Origin: a virus
Taxonomy: Duplodnaviria > Caudoviricetes
Reading direction: 5' to 3' (one strand)
DNA length: 54,697 nt
IMG/VR virus record: IMGVR_UViG_3300037286_000119
Location: 1-54,697 of that record
Below, one piece after another: positions 46,620 through 54,697 of this stretch. A program made the position numbers and the translations under genes. Under the pieces are notes generated by a model. The model ran no database searches and was not told where the DNA came from. It saw nothing but the letters and a program-made list of their open reading frames with translations. Every line of letters starts with the position of its first letter. Position 1 is the first letter of the stretch.

Positions 46620-46820
46620 TCATTTGGGCCAGATTGCTTTCACAGGCCGATTGATGACCCTGGCAATGGCCTCACGGACACGCAGGCTGACGGCGGTTCC
46701 GTTGATGACTTTGTTAATCATAGTTTTGGACACGCCGCATTCAAGGGCGATCCTCACCTGAGTGCAACCTGCTTTATCCAGGGCGTGTTTGATTTCCATG
46801 GGTGTCATTGGTTTTTCCAT
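46620..46820 (-). CDS. Cro/Ner-like HTH protein
   Basis: MTPMEIKHAL...TQVRIALECGVSKTMINKVING...IWP. Confidence 0.8.
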   Translation of the reverse strand: MEKPMTPMEIKHALDKAGCTQVRIALECGVSKTMINKVINGTAVSLRVREAIARVINRPVKAIWPK

Positions 46821-46869
46821 TTGTGACTCCTTTTTATAAAAGGTTGAGTTAAAAAATTAAGCTGTGATT

Positions 46870-46898
46870 AAATTACATATGACATTAAATTTTGTCAA
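46870..46898 (-). promoter_or_regulatory. Early lytic promoter of prophage 2
   Basis: TTGACA-17 nt-TAATTT with TG extension; flanked by repeated TTAAGCTG (46857, 46906), candidate operators. Confidence 0.65.
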
Positions 46899-46915
46899 AT
46901 AAAATTTAAGCTGAT

Positions 46916-47380
46916 ATGAAAAAAATTGATCTGAGATTAGATTTTGACAAAATAAGGTCCAGGATAGATCTTGAAAGAGAAAGCTATAAACCTGGTGCTT
47001 GGGCTGAGCTTATCGGTGTTTCACTCAATGTGGTTTCCAATATTCACGGAAAAACGAAGCAAAATCCATCCTTGGAATATATCGTTGCTGTATCAAAGGC
47101 CACCGGCAGATCAGTTGATTATTATCTCTTTGGCCATGATCAGGAATCACCCCAGCCCCAGAAGAAAGAATATTCAAAAATCACCAAGGTCATTATCGAG
47201 CACCAGGATATTGTGAAAAAATTCAAAAATCCTGAAATAGCAAAAGCAATGAATGAAAAGCTGCTTGAGATAGAGGCGGCCGATGCGGAGCTTTTTAGTA
47301 AAGCGGATGCTTATATCCAGGGCCTTCATGATTCAATAAAGACATCAAAAAAAAAGAAGACAAAACGATCTACAGGCTAA
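46916..47380 (+). CDS. CI-like repressor (HTH, no S24 peptidase domain)
   Basis: WAELIGVSLNVVSNIHG...PSLEYIVAVS...SVDYYLFG XRE HTH; divergent from cro. Confidence 0.85.
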   Translation: MKKIDLRLDFDKIRSRIDLERESYKPGAWAELIGVSLNVVSNIHGKTKQNPSLEYIVAVSKATGRSVDYYLFGHDQESPQPQKKEYSKITKVIIEHQDIVKKFKNPEIAKAMNEKLLEIEAADAELFSKADAYIQGLHDSIKTSKKKKTKRSTG

Positions 47381-47742
47381 ACTCTCGGGCCGATTTTTCA
47401 CGGAAGCCCGATCGACTGCCGGACACGGTGGCCATTGTAAATATGGCAGGGGTGATTTTAGGAGGATACAAATTGAAACTCAGACGACATGAAATCCTTT
47501 TCGATTATGTCTCATCTTCCTGCAATGTCGGTGTCCTGAAGACGGCCCTGGCCAGCGCCACGGAAATCAATCCCCAGGACGTGGAAATTGGATTCAGATA
47601 CAGCAGCCGGAACCAGCAATACTTTTGCCGGATTTTTCGGAACATCGATTGCTATTTGATCGGCGGGTGGCAGCTCCCCAAAAACCTGATCTATTTCCCC
47701 GGCCGCTCGAACGCAATCAACAACGGATCAATGGAAAACTGA
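47332..47742 (+). CDS. PAS-like domain in -1 frame of repressor (open from 47332; first start codon GTG 47428)
   Basis: LPDTVAIVNMAGVIL...LFDYV...LKTALASATE...YFCRI resembles a divergent PAS fold; no convincing RBS. Confidence 0.5.
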   Translation, partial: FNKDIKKKEDKTIYRLNSRADFSRKPDRLPDTVAIVNMAGVILGGYKLKLRRHEILFDYVSSSCNVGVLKTALASATEINPQDVEIGFRYSSRNQQYFCRIFRNIDCYLIGGWQLPKNLIYFPGRSNAINNGSMEN

Positions 47743-47758
47743 TTAAGCTGGAGGAATT

Positions 47759-48628
47759 ATGCACATCTGTAAATTTTTTGCACTTTGTTTATTGGCTTTC
47801 ACTCTCTCTGCTTGCGGAGATCAGCCCATTTCTCCTGGGAAAGTAATCCTTGTTAGTGCGTTAGATGAAGCCAAAACAGTCAGTCTCTATTTCGGCAATG
47901 ATCAGGAAAACTATATTGATGTGGGCGTGAAATCAGGACTTATCCAACAAGGCAAAGAACTCAGATCAGAAGATTCCAGCCTTTCAGATGGTTTAGACGC
48001 TTCCGCTTCATGGGGAAATGTTAATTATTTTTCTTCATCAAAACACCCTACATTCACATATTTCAAAATCGTTTCCATCAACATGGCAGAGAAAAAAGCA
48101 GTGGTTGAGGTGGCAGCCAAACTGGTAAACCCAGACTCTGGAAAATACATTGAGTTCACTCAAAAAACATTCGAAATAACAGGAAACTTTTTTGATGAAT
48201 TCACACGATTCATTGGCAAGGAAATATTAACAACAACTGCCGAACAAAGAGATATGATTGAAAAATCATGGGGTGGTGTTCTATTCGCCCATCAGAAAAA
48301 AATTGAAGATATGTTTAATAGATGTAAACCAGATAACTATCAGGATTTTGCTATATATAAAGTGCAAGATTGGTTGCCTAAAATTAGCCAAAACACAACC
48401 AAAATGAACAATTTTTGGGAAAAACTGGGACACCCAATAACGCCAGAATACGAAAACATAGGAAAGATCATTATAGCTATGATTGATTTGAATACAACTT
48501 CAATAACGATGCAATCTTATTTAAAGAATAACAAAAAAGAAGACCTGGAATTTGTAAACAAAAAGATTTCTAAAATATCAGAAATATCTTCACAATACGT
48601 TGAGTATCAACCCAAGTCGAATCAATAA
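47759..48628 (+). CDS. Lipoprotein moron
   Basis: Lipobox LSAC after hydrophobic leader; AT-rich; GGAGG RBS. Confidence 0.8.
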   Translation: MHICKFFALCLLAFTLSACGDQPISPGKVILVSALDEAKTVSLYFGNDQENYIDVGVKSGLIQQGKELRSEDSSLSDGLDASASWGNVNYFSSSKHPTFTYFKIVSINMAEKKAVVEVAAKLVNPDSGKYIEFTQKTFEITGNFFDEFTRFIGKEILTTTAEQRDMIEKSWGGVLFAHQKKIEDMFNRCKPDNYQDFAIYKVQDWLPKISQNTTKMNNFWEKLGHPITPEYENIGKIIIAMIDLNTTSITMQSYLKNNKKEDLEFVNKKISKISEISSQYVEYQPKSNQ

Positions 48629-48830
48629 ATTCTAAAACATCTTACCATCAGAATATGAAAATTGATTAAGGAGGTTCTTATTCATGGCTCTGATGAATTT
48701 GAAATAATTGCGGTCAAGCGTTAATTAATCAAGTTTCGATATTGACAATCTGCCTATATCTGGATATTCAATAATTCTCTCACCTCGGCAGGTCACCGGT
48801 CCATATCCGTTTATGGAGAGGACCGCTATC

Positions 48831-49124
48831 ATGGAATCACAGACCAGAGGACACCACGCAAAAAAATACGATCTGCCGGTTCAAGAAATCAAACGCATTT
48901 TGGATGAAGGCCTTCGCCAGATAGATGTGGCATCACTTTTCGGGGTTTCCCAGGCAACCATTTCACGCATCGCAAAGACAAAGCCGCCTGCCACGCTAAC
49001 CAGTAAATGCAAAACAGAATTATGCACGTGCTGTGGACTGCGACCGATTGCAACCGGAAACCGGTTTCTTTGCTCATACTGCTATCATAGCTCAGACCAT
49101 GAAGATCACATGATCTGGGCGTGA
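48831..49124 (+). CDS. HTH plus C-terminal zinc-finger regulator (possible late activator)
   Basis: GLRQIDVASLFGVSQATISR and CTCCG...LCSYCY; own TTGACA box at 48742. Confidence 0.7.
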   Translation: MESQTRGHHAKKYDLPVQEIKRILDEGLRQIDVASLFGVSQATISRIAKTKPPATLTSKCKTELCTCCGLRPIATGNRFLCSYCYHSSDHEDHMIWA

Positions 49125-49156
49125 TAGGGCTTTTGAAGAGCATTCCTCAAAAGCCC
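49125..49156. terminator. Hairpin after HTH-Zn gene
   Basis: AGGGCTTTTGA-agagcattcc-TCAAAAGCCCT. Confidence 0.5.
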
Positions 49157-49275
49157 TGAATAGGCCCCCCGGACTTGTCTTAAGATGTTGTGGCCACAAA
49201 AATAAAAAGCATATTAGATCCGCTTTCAATGCTCTTCTCCGCCGTTTTGTCATTCTGCTTATAACACCTGCCTGA

Positions 49276-49430
49276 TTGCAATTTCCCGCAATTCTTTGCA
49301 AAGTTTGCAATTCCCCTAATTTTCGTCATACGTTTGACGGGCGCTTTCTTGACCCTTTATTTCACTCTTATAATCATTGCAAAAAATCGCTCCAAAAAGG
49401 CGGCAGGTGTGGTGTGGAGGAGTGATTTTT
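49276..49430 (+). other. Candidate cos/packaging site of prophage 2
   Basis: GCAA repeats phased ~10 bp apart (49278, 49288, 49298, 49307), then AAAAAGGCGGCAGGTGTGGTGTGGAGGAGTG resembling G-rich P2-family cos cores. Confidence 0.4.
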
Positions 49431-49630
49431 TTTGGGGGTTTGAAATTTTTTTAAATAGGGTATGGGGGTAGGGCAGATGACAAGAGGGAAACAGCTTTGA
49501 TAAACTGTTTCCCTCTTTATTTTACTGCAGCGTCTTGATATCCGGTGGTGTCCCCTGGGGGCATCACCCTTTTAGGCGATGTTGCCGGCCGCATCATTTA
49601 AAATGATGATGAGAGATCCGGCATATCCGG

Positions 49631-50386
49631 TTATGGTGTGATGATAAGTTCCTTTGCCGTGGTGTTTTTTGTGCCGACCGTATAGGTCAAGGATACCTGA
49701 TTAAGTTTGAAGCCATTGAAGACTTTTCTCATTTCAGGATGGTCATTAATACTGAGAATGAATTTGCCTTTGATGGTGGACAGAGTTTCAGCCAGGGCAA
49801 TAAAATCATCCAGTTCAAAATTATGTTTATATTCCGGTGCCTGATAATAGGGTGGATCACAATAAAAAAAGGTATCCGGACGATCATACCGTGGAATGAA
49901 TTTGGCCCAGGATAAATTTTCGATACGGACATTTGAAAGCCGAAGATGAACCTCCGACATCTCTTCCTCAATTCTCAAGAGGTTGAACCGCGGAGTTTTG
50001 CTTTTAATGTCAACCCCGAACGACCGGCCCCTGACTTTTCCTCCGAACGTCAATCGCTGGATATAATAGTACCGAGCGGCCTTTTGGATATCTGTCAGGC
50101 CGCGGCCTTCGATCTGATCTTTCCAGTCCTCGAACCATTCTCTTGACGCCAGACACCACTTGAACTGTTTCAAAAATTCCTCGGGATGGTTGCTGACAAC
50201 CCGGTAAAAAGATATAAGATCGCTGTCCTTATCGTTCAGGACTTCAACACGGGATTCAGGTTTCCGGAAAAACACCCACGCCGCTCCTGAGAAAACCTCG
50301 CAATAGGTTTTATGTTCAGGGATCATGGAAATGATTTGTTTTGATAGTTTTGATTTTCCGCCGATATAGGCCAAAGGGCTATTCAT
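49631..50386 (-). CDS. D12-class DNA adenine methyltransferase at end of late operon
   Basis: SPLAYIGGKSKL, YCEVFSGAAW, FFYCDPPY; AAGGAG RBS before MNSPL. Confidence 0.92.
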   Translation of the reverse strand: MNSPLAYIGGKSKLSKQIISMIPEHKTYCEVFSGAAWVFFRKPESRVEVLNDKDSDLISFYRVVSNHPEEFLKQFKWCLASREWFEDWKDQIEGRGLTDIQKAARYYYIQRLTFGGKVRGRSFGVDIKSKTPRFNLLRIEEEMSEVHLRLSNVRIENLSWAKFIPRYDRPDTFFYCDPPYYQAPEYKHNFELDDFIALAETLSTIKGKFILSINDHPEMRKVFNGFKLNQVSLTYTVGTKNTTAKELIITP

Positions 50387-50436
50387 GTTTGGACTTTCTC
50401 CTTGTGTAGTTAAGTTAACTTTGATATACCCCTGAT

Positions 50437-50545
50437 GCTCGGATCCGGGCAAAGGGAGTTGTCGCGTTATCGTGATGTCTGGTCTGGAGCTTCAGTCCAT
50501 TCGCCCTGAGAGTGTTGGCTCACTCATCAAGGCAACTTCCTTTCT
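50437..50545 (+). ncRNA. Candidate cloverleaf-like RNA antisense to MTase leader
   Basis: Promoter TTGTGT-17-TATACC (50402-50430); 13-bp closing stem AAAGGGAGTTGTC/GGCAACTTCCTTT fully paired only on plus strand (G-U); inner TGATG/CATCA, TTCAG/CTGAG, AGTG-ttggct-CACT. Confidence 0.55.
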
Positions 50546-50570
50546 GATTTTCCTCCTATTTGAAAATGGA

Positions 50571-51290
50571 TCATTCCTTGAGAGTGCCAAGAGATGTATT
50601 GGCCGTTCCGACAGCCGTGGCCTTTGCGGATATGGACGCTGATTGCGAACACGTTCCGACACTGGGGTGGGTGTGTGTTGCCAGAATATCCAGGGCGTCC
50701 TTGATATTCGCAAGGGCGCTGGTGATCAGGGGCAGGACGCTCGGGCCGCCATTTGGGGCACCCATCACAATGGTGGGGGCTGTAATCCTGTAAACCTTGG
50801 CGGTCGTTGATTTTTCATTTCCGGCCGCATCATGAATATCTTTATCGGTTTTTCTCTCCCAGTTGCTGTCCGGGTCAACGGTTTGATGCACGCCCGGCCG
50901 TTGCTGCCATCGGCCCATATCATCGGGCACGGCAGGCAGAGACAGCCCCATGGGATAAACATGCTGGATCACCGGGTGATCCGGACGGCCTTCGATCCAC
51001 CGGACCGTGACAATGGTTCCCGGCCGGGGCCACAGGAAAAACCCTTCATCCGGCCCGGCTGCAAGAACGGGCAGGGGAACGGCCTCATACTTTGGAAAAC
51101 CGGGCGCCGGTGTGCCTTCCGGTGTCATGATTTCGATATCCGCAGCCCAGTATGGCCTGAAGCGGTTGCAAATGACACCCTCGGCCGGGGGATCGGAAAT
51201 TTTCAGGATCCTGGCATACCGGTCCAGATGATACCCGCCGGACAGCTCCGGAAACATTCTTAAAATGATTCGCTTAACTGCTTCGCGCAT
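50571..51290 (-). CDS. Baseplate spike/assembly protein (gpV-like)
   Basis: OB-fold-like PRPGTIVTVRWIEGRPDHP, C-terminal HTH motif (ATHTHP); tail operon context. Confidence 0.65.
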   Translation of the reverse strand: MREAVKRIILRMFPELSGGYHLDRYARILKISDPPAEGVICNRFRPYWAADIEIMTPEGTPAPGFPKYEAVPLPVLAAGPDEGFFLWPRPGTIVTVRWIEGRPDHPVIQHVYPMGLSLPAVPDDMGRWQQRPGVHQTVDPDSNWERKTDKDIHDAAGNEKSTTAKVYRITAPTIVMGAPNGGPSVLPLITSALANIKDALDILATHTHPSVGTCSQSASISAKATAVGTANTSLGTLKE

Positions 51291-51964
51291 GTCACCACCA
51301 TAAAATGTTCCTTTAATTGAAGACTTGATATGTACATGCCGTTCAGCATCACCCCAGGGCGCAACCCTGGGACGGCCTGCATGGTTTTGGTGCCGTCAAG
51401 CTGCACGTCCTGGAAAAATTGCTCCGGAACGGAAAACGGCTTTCCGGCCCAGCGGCTGTCCTCCCATGATCCAACATAGACCTGCCCGTTGCCTTGTTGC
51501 TGCCAGATATAGTTTTTAATGCCGAATACGGCCCCCAGGGAATCCAGCCCGTGGACCCCGGAGGCCATCGTCTGGAAAGAAGGGCAGGGGGTTACGGCGT
51601 AAGGTTTGTCCGGGATCGCAAACGACAGCCCGGTTTTTCGTGAATAAACGCCCAGAATATCCGTGAGCGATGCATTCCGGATGGATACGGGAATGATGCC
51701 CCACATCACGGAAGAAAGCTCCCGGCAGAAAATCCGCTGCTGGGACCCGTCCACCGTATGGCTGCCGGTAATAAACCCGGTGAAAAATTCCACAGAACCG
51801 CCCTGACCGGCGTCACCAATAGACATCTGCACCACCCCTTTCAGGGCCGCAGCACTGCGGACGGTAAATTCAGCCCGCCCCGGGGTGGACAGATCCAGCC
51901 AGACATGTTCCCGGACAAGCCCCATGGGCTTTCCATCAATGGTTATGGACTTGATCAGCTTCAT
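51260..51964 (-). CDS. Baseplate hub / tail protein (gpD-like)
   Basis: LDLSTPGRA...WQQQGNGQVYVGSW...PGLRPG in HP1/K139-like tail operon order. Confidence 0.6.
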   Translation of the reverse strand: MKLIKSITIDGKPMGLVREHVWLDLSTPGRAEFTVRSAAALKGVVQMSIGDAGQGGSVEFFTGFITGSHTVDGSQQRIFCRELSSVMWGIIPVSIRNASLTDILGVYSRKTGLSFAIPDKPYAVTPCPSFQTMASGVHGLDSLGAVFGIKNYIWQQQGNGQVYVGSWEDSRWAGKPFSVPEQFFQDVQLDGTKTMQAVPGLRPGVMLNGMYISSLQLKEHFMVVTCAKQLSESF

Positions 51965-51965
51965 A

Positions 51966-52433
51966 TCAGAAAAGAAGATTCTCGGCGTTGGCCAGAATTT
52001 GCTTGTATTGGGTCGGGTCAGTGGCCGATATCAGCCCGTTGCTCCTGCTTTCGACCCGCTCCGGATTACTCAGATATTCTTTCAGGCTGAACGAGACATT
52101 CCACATCCTGAGCGCGTCCGCCTCTTCCCAGTTAAACTGCTCGAAAAATCTGACTTGCCGGATCCCGGCCGCATTGGCGGTCAGGTTGGTAATGGTATAG
52201 ATCTTCCTCTCTCCGGATGCGGAAACCGCCTCAGCCGCCTTTACCATGGCGGTCAGATCAAGCGGGGTTTTAAAAGGGATGGATACGGATACGCGCAGCA
52301 CTTTCGGCTTGGTCCCTTTTTCCACCGAATCCGTCCCCGAGGTTTCCCCGGCAATGTCCTCGGTCCGGATCTCAAGGTTTCCCTTCACATTCAGGTTTTT
52401 GCCGGGAATCCGGAAATCGTCAAGCTGCATCAT
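51966..52433 (-). CDS. Baseplate complex protein
   Basis: DIAGETSGTD..EKGTKPK...WNVSFSLKEYLSNPE; context. Confidence 0.6.
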   Translation of the reverse strand: MMQLDDFRIPGKNLNVKGNLEIRTEDIAGETSGTDSVEKGTKPKVLRVSVSIPFKTPLDLTAMVKAAEAVSASGERKIYTITNLTANAAGIRQVRFFEQFNWEEADALRMWNVSFSLKEYLSNPERVESRSNGLISATDPTQYKQILANAENLLF

Positions 52434-52436
52434 GGG

Positions 52437-53009
52437 TTATTCCTGCACCGGCCCTGCAGGCCATGGTATCGGATCAACAATAGTTTCCAGCGTCTCCGGC
52501 AGATCCCGCAATGCCTGCCGGTAGGCAACCCATTGCCCGCGTTGGGTTTCAGTGATGGGATAATCTGAAAGCATATATTTGTCCGTTTCGGCCAGCTTTA
52601 TATCCCGCCCTGGCCTGACAACCTGATCCAGCCAGAGATCATGATCATCCGTCCATCCGACACCGTCCCATACCTGTATCAGTCCGGGCTCCAGATCCGT
52701 CCACCCCGGATCCGGCTCAACCCCTATCTCACTGATTTTATGTCCCTGCTTTGTGGCAATATCCCAGTATTGCTTTTCGCGATAATCCGGCCTCAGCACC
52801 CATTGCCCATCGGCAAGAACCGCCACCTCATTTTCGCCTGCAACCGGTGGCGGATGCAGGGATGATGTCCTGGGATTATAGAGATATTGATCCGCCTCAT
52901 CATGGGTTTCAGGGTTGTACATCGGATTTTCAAAGGCCACGGTGTCATGCCCTGCCAAATATGCAAAAGTTTCTGGATGTGCATTATATAAGGGTTGCAT
53001 CAGTAACAT
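52437..53009 (-). CDS. Tail fibre assembly chaperone (Tfa-like)
   Basis: WVLRPDYR, WDG..W, RDIKLAETD, WVAYRQALRDLP..IPWP. Confidence 0.8.
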   Translation of the reverse strand: MLLMQPLYNAHPETFAYLAGHDTVAFENPMYNPETHDEADQYLYNPRTSSLHPPPVAGENEVAVLADGQWVLRPDYREKQYWDIATKQGHKISEIGVEPDPGWTDLEPGLIQVWDGVGWTDDHDLWLDQVVRPGRDIKLAETDKYMLSDYPITETQRGQWVAYRQALRDLPETLETIVDPIPWPAGPVQE

Positions 53010-54067
53010 ATTCCTCCCCATTTATATCTGTTTTTTGGCCTGGTTTCGTTGCCGCCATTGCTGTTGCTGTATGCCAAAAACAGATTCCCGCTCACATAAT
53101 CAGAATAAAATCCGGATGCGGCCCCAACATCAGCGCTATAGGTATTTATAGAATGGGCATGGGATTTGAACTCATCACCCTGCTTAGACCCCACGTTATC
53201 ACCGCCGATCCCATCTCCCCTGTTTGTGCGTGAAGCTGCATCCGGATCAACTCCGGATGCATGGCTCCAGATCCTCGCAAAAAGCCCCCGGTCATCAGGA
53301 AGATTGAAATGAGTGCTGTCGGCAGCTCCATACATGGTTCCAAGGGCCGCAAACAAATCCGGAAAATCAACCCTGAGCAATGACGCGCCGTTTCGTTCAA
53401 GCATCCGCCTGTCCAGCATTTGCTGCGATGTCGGCACATATGGCAGCATGATCTCATCCCCGGCGCGATAGCCCCTATGCACAAAGCCGTTTTGAACATG
53501 ATCCCGCCATACCTTTGCCTGGGCGTCGGTCAGATGTTTCAGAGTTTCATCATCCGTGCTTTCCGGATTAACTCTAAGAACGGCATGATTTGTTAACTCC
53601 GCAGAAAAATCAAACTGCCATGAATCTGCCGCAATCGATATCCCGGTCAGGGCCTGGGCGTCCTGAAACGCCAGCATCACGTTTCTTGTGATACAGTTGC
53701 CCGTGGTGTTGTTGGCCAGGTTGGTTTTTCGCTTCGGTGTTTCCGGGGTTGTGGTGACGGTGATCACAGTATTGGTAACTGCCTCGATGATCCCGATCCA
53801 GTTGAATGAAAAATCACCCACGTCTGATCCCAGAATCATGGAATAAACCACCTGATCCGGGTTTACATATCCCTTGTGGTCATCATCAATAATGTGGGTA
53901 TGGACAATATGTTCCTGGGCCGGCATCTGCTGGTTGCGGTTCACAGGCTCAGTGGGATCAAGGCCCGGAATCAGGGCCAGAATCATCCGGTCAATGACAA
54001 GGGGTTGTTCCAGCCCGAAAAGCTGATTGATCCGGGTCTGGCCCGTAATGGTAAAGGCGCTGCTCAT
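53000..54067 (-). CDS. Tail fibre protein with collar domain
   Basis: N-terminal VVYSMILGSDVGDFSFNWIG; collar FPDLFAALGTMYG..STHFNLPDDRG; ETRPKN. Confidence 0.85.
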   Translation of the reverse strand: MSSAFTITGQTRINQLFGLEQPLVIDRMILALIPGLDPTEPVNRNQQMPAQEHIVHTHIIDDDHKGYVNPDQVVYSMILGSDVGDFSFNWIGIIEAVTNTVITVTTTPETPKRKTNLANNTTGNCITRNVMLAFQDAQALTGISIAADSWQFDFSAELTNHAVLRVNPESTDDETLKHLTDAQAKVWRDHVQNGFVHRGYRAGDEIMLPYVPTSQQMLDRRMLERNGASLLRVDFPDLFAALGTMYGAADSTHFNLPDDRGLFARIWSHASGVDPDAASRTNRGDGIGGDNVGSKQGDEFKSHAHSINTYSADVGAASGFYSDYVSGNLFLAYSNSNGGNETRPKNRYKWGGICY

Positions 54068-54068
54068 T

Positions 54069-54608
54069 TTAATCCTCCCAAATGGCCAATGCTGTTAAAT
54101 AATCGTTGGAGAATTCCACTACCTGGACTTCCATGGCAATGGATGTGATGGTTTTCCATCCATACCGCCTGCAGGTCCGGCCGTAATGCTGAACCAGGAC
54201 CGTAAGAAGATCGATATTTTCGGCTAGTTGATTTGCGGACAGCCGGATATCCACCACATCCCAGTCCTGACCGTCGATCCGTTCCTCAATCTCGACATAT
54301 CCCACGCCCAGGCGGGCAAAAATCTTCTTAAACCCATCCACGCTGCCGGCATCCCTTGCATTGGCATGGGCATGTTTTACCCTCAGCCGGAATAGCTCCA
54401 AAGATTCGCCGGTGAATCTCGTGATATCCCGCTGCCATGCAATCAGATCCAGCACCGCCGGGCTGCAGGTCATGGGATCGAGCTGCCGGACATGCCATAA
54501 AGCCCAATCCCCCAGCAGGGTGAACCATTGCCTGGCTGCATCGGCCAGCTTTGCCGCTTCCCCCAGACACATCCATACCGGCAGTTTTAAATCAGGCGGG
54601 GTCTGCAT
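54069..54608 (-). CDS. Tail protein I (P2 gpI-like)
   Basis: QLDPMTC...LDLIAWQRDI...FRLRVKHA..NARDAGS. Confidence 0.8.
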   Translation of the reverse strand: MQTPPDLKLPVWMCLGEAAKLADAARQWFTLLGDWALWHVRQLDPMTCSPAVLDLIAWQRDITRFTGESLELFRLRVKHAHANARDAGSVDGFKKIFARLGVGYVEIEERIDGQDWDVVDIRLSANQLAENIDLLTVLVQHYGRTCRRYGWKTITSIAMEVQVVEFSNDYLTALAIWED

Positions 54609-54697
54609 CAGGCCTCCTCCATATTGACCGCAATTATTTCAAGGATCGGGATCTCAATGGCATTGACGATATCCGGAATGGAAAAGAGGATGCTGGC
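54608..54697 (-). CDS. C-terminus of baseplate J-like protein (partial)
   Basis: ASILFSIPDIVNAIEIPILEIIAVNMEEA-stop overlapping gpI start; J normally precedes I. Confidence 0.5.
   Translation of the reverse strand, partial: ASILFSIPDIVNAIEIPILEIIAVNMEEA

Larger units (their letters stand above)
36875..54697. mobile_element. Prophage 2, P2/phiCTX-like myovirus, right end outside window
   Basis: att core, integrase, Xis, Toprim primase-helicase, CII/Cro/CI, then baseplate J/I-like, tail fibre, Tfa and gpD-like genes. Confidence 0.88.

Noticed and set aside
50492-50713. Com-like zinc finger upstream of the MTase
   Set aside because: No CxxC motifs and mostly overlaps the baseplate gene
52437-54067. 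Diversity-generating retroelement or shufflon acting on tail fibres
   Set aside because: No reverse transcriptase, invertase, TR/VR pair or alternative fibre cassettes seen in the window
1-54697. CRISPR array, rRNA, IS transposase, phage RNA polymerase
   Set aside because: No repeat-spacer periodicity or corresponding motifs noticed by eye

Overview
The window is entirely phage DNA: two different temperate prophages in tandem, joined at a 3' fragment of a tRNA-Ser(GCT) gene (36875-36937, att core). Prophage 1 (1 to ~36.9 kb, left end outside the window) is a temperate podovirus-like element. It has a leftward early arm (HNH-AP2, HNH, ASCH, SbcCD-like nuclease), an accessory/immunity region (repressor, Cro, CII-like), a replication initiator, a RuvC-like resolvase, terminase, a T7/BPP-1-type portal-capsid-tail tube block, three ejection proteins (one a 2028-aa polyvalent protein), a tailspike and lysis genes. 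Prophage 2 (~36.9 kb to the end, right end outside the window) is a P2/phiCTX-like myovirus. It has a tyrosine integrase, Xis, two adenine MTases and one C5 MTase, DUF5131, a Toprim primase-helicase, an antirepressor, CII/Cro/CI, morons, a candidate cos, and baseplate/tail-fibre genes. The most striking observation is that both otherwise unrelated prophages encode a peptidase-less repressor with a shared 45-aa C-terminal domain. In each, this is followed by a slippery A-rich site at about codon 146-147 and a PAS-like domain in the -1 frame, suggesting a frameshift-generated repressor-PAS ligand-sensing lysis/lysogeny switch. Several candidate structured ncRNAs and shared cis elements are also visible. 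All family assignments come from motif recognition by eye; no database searches were run.
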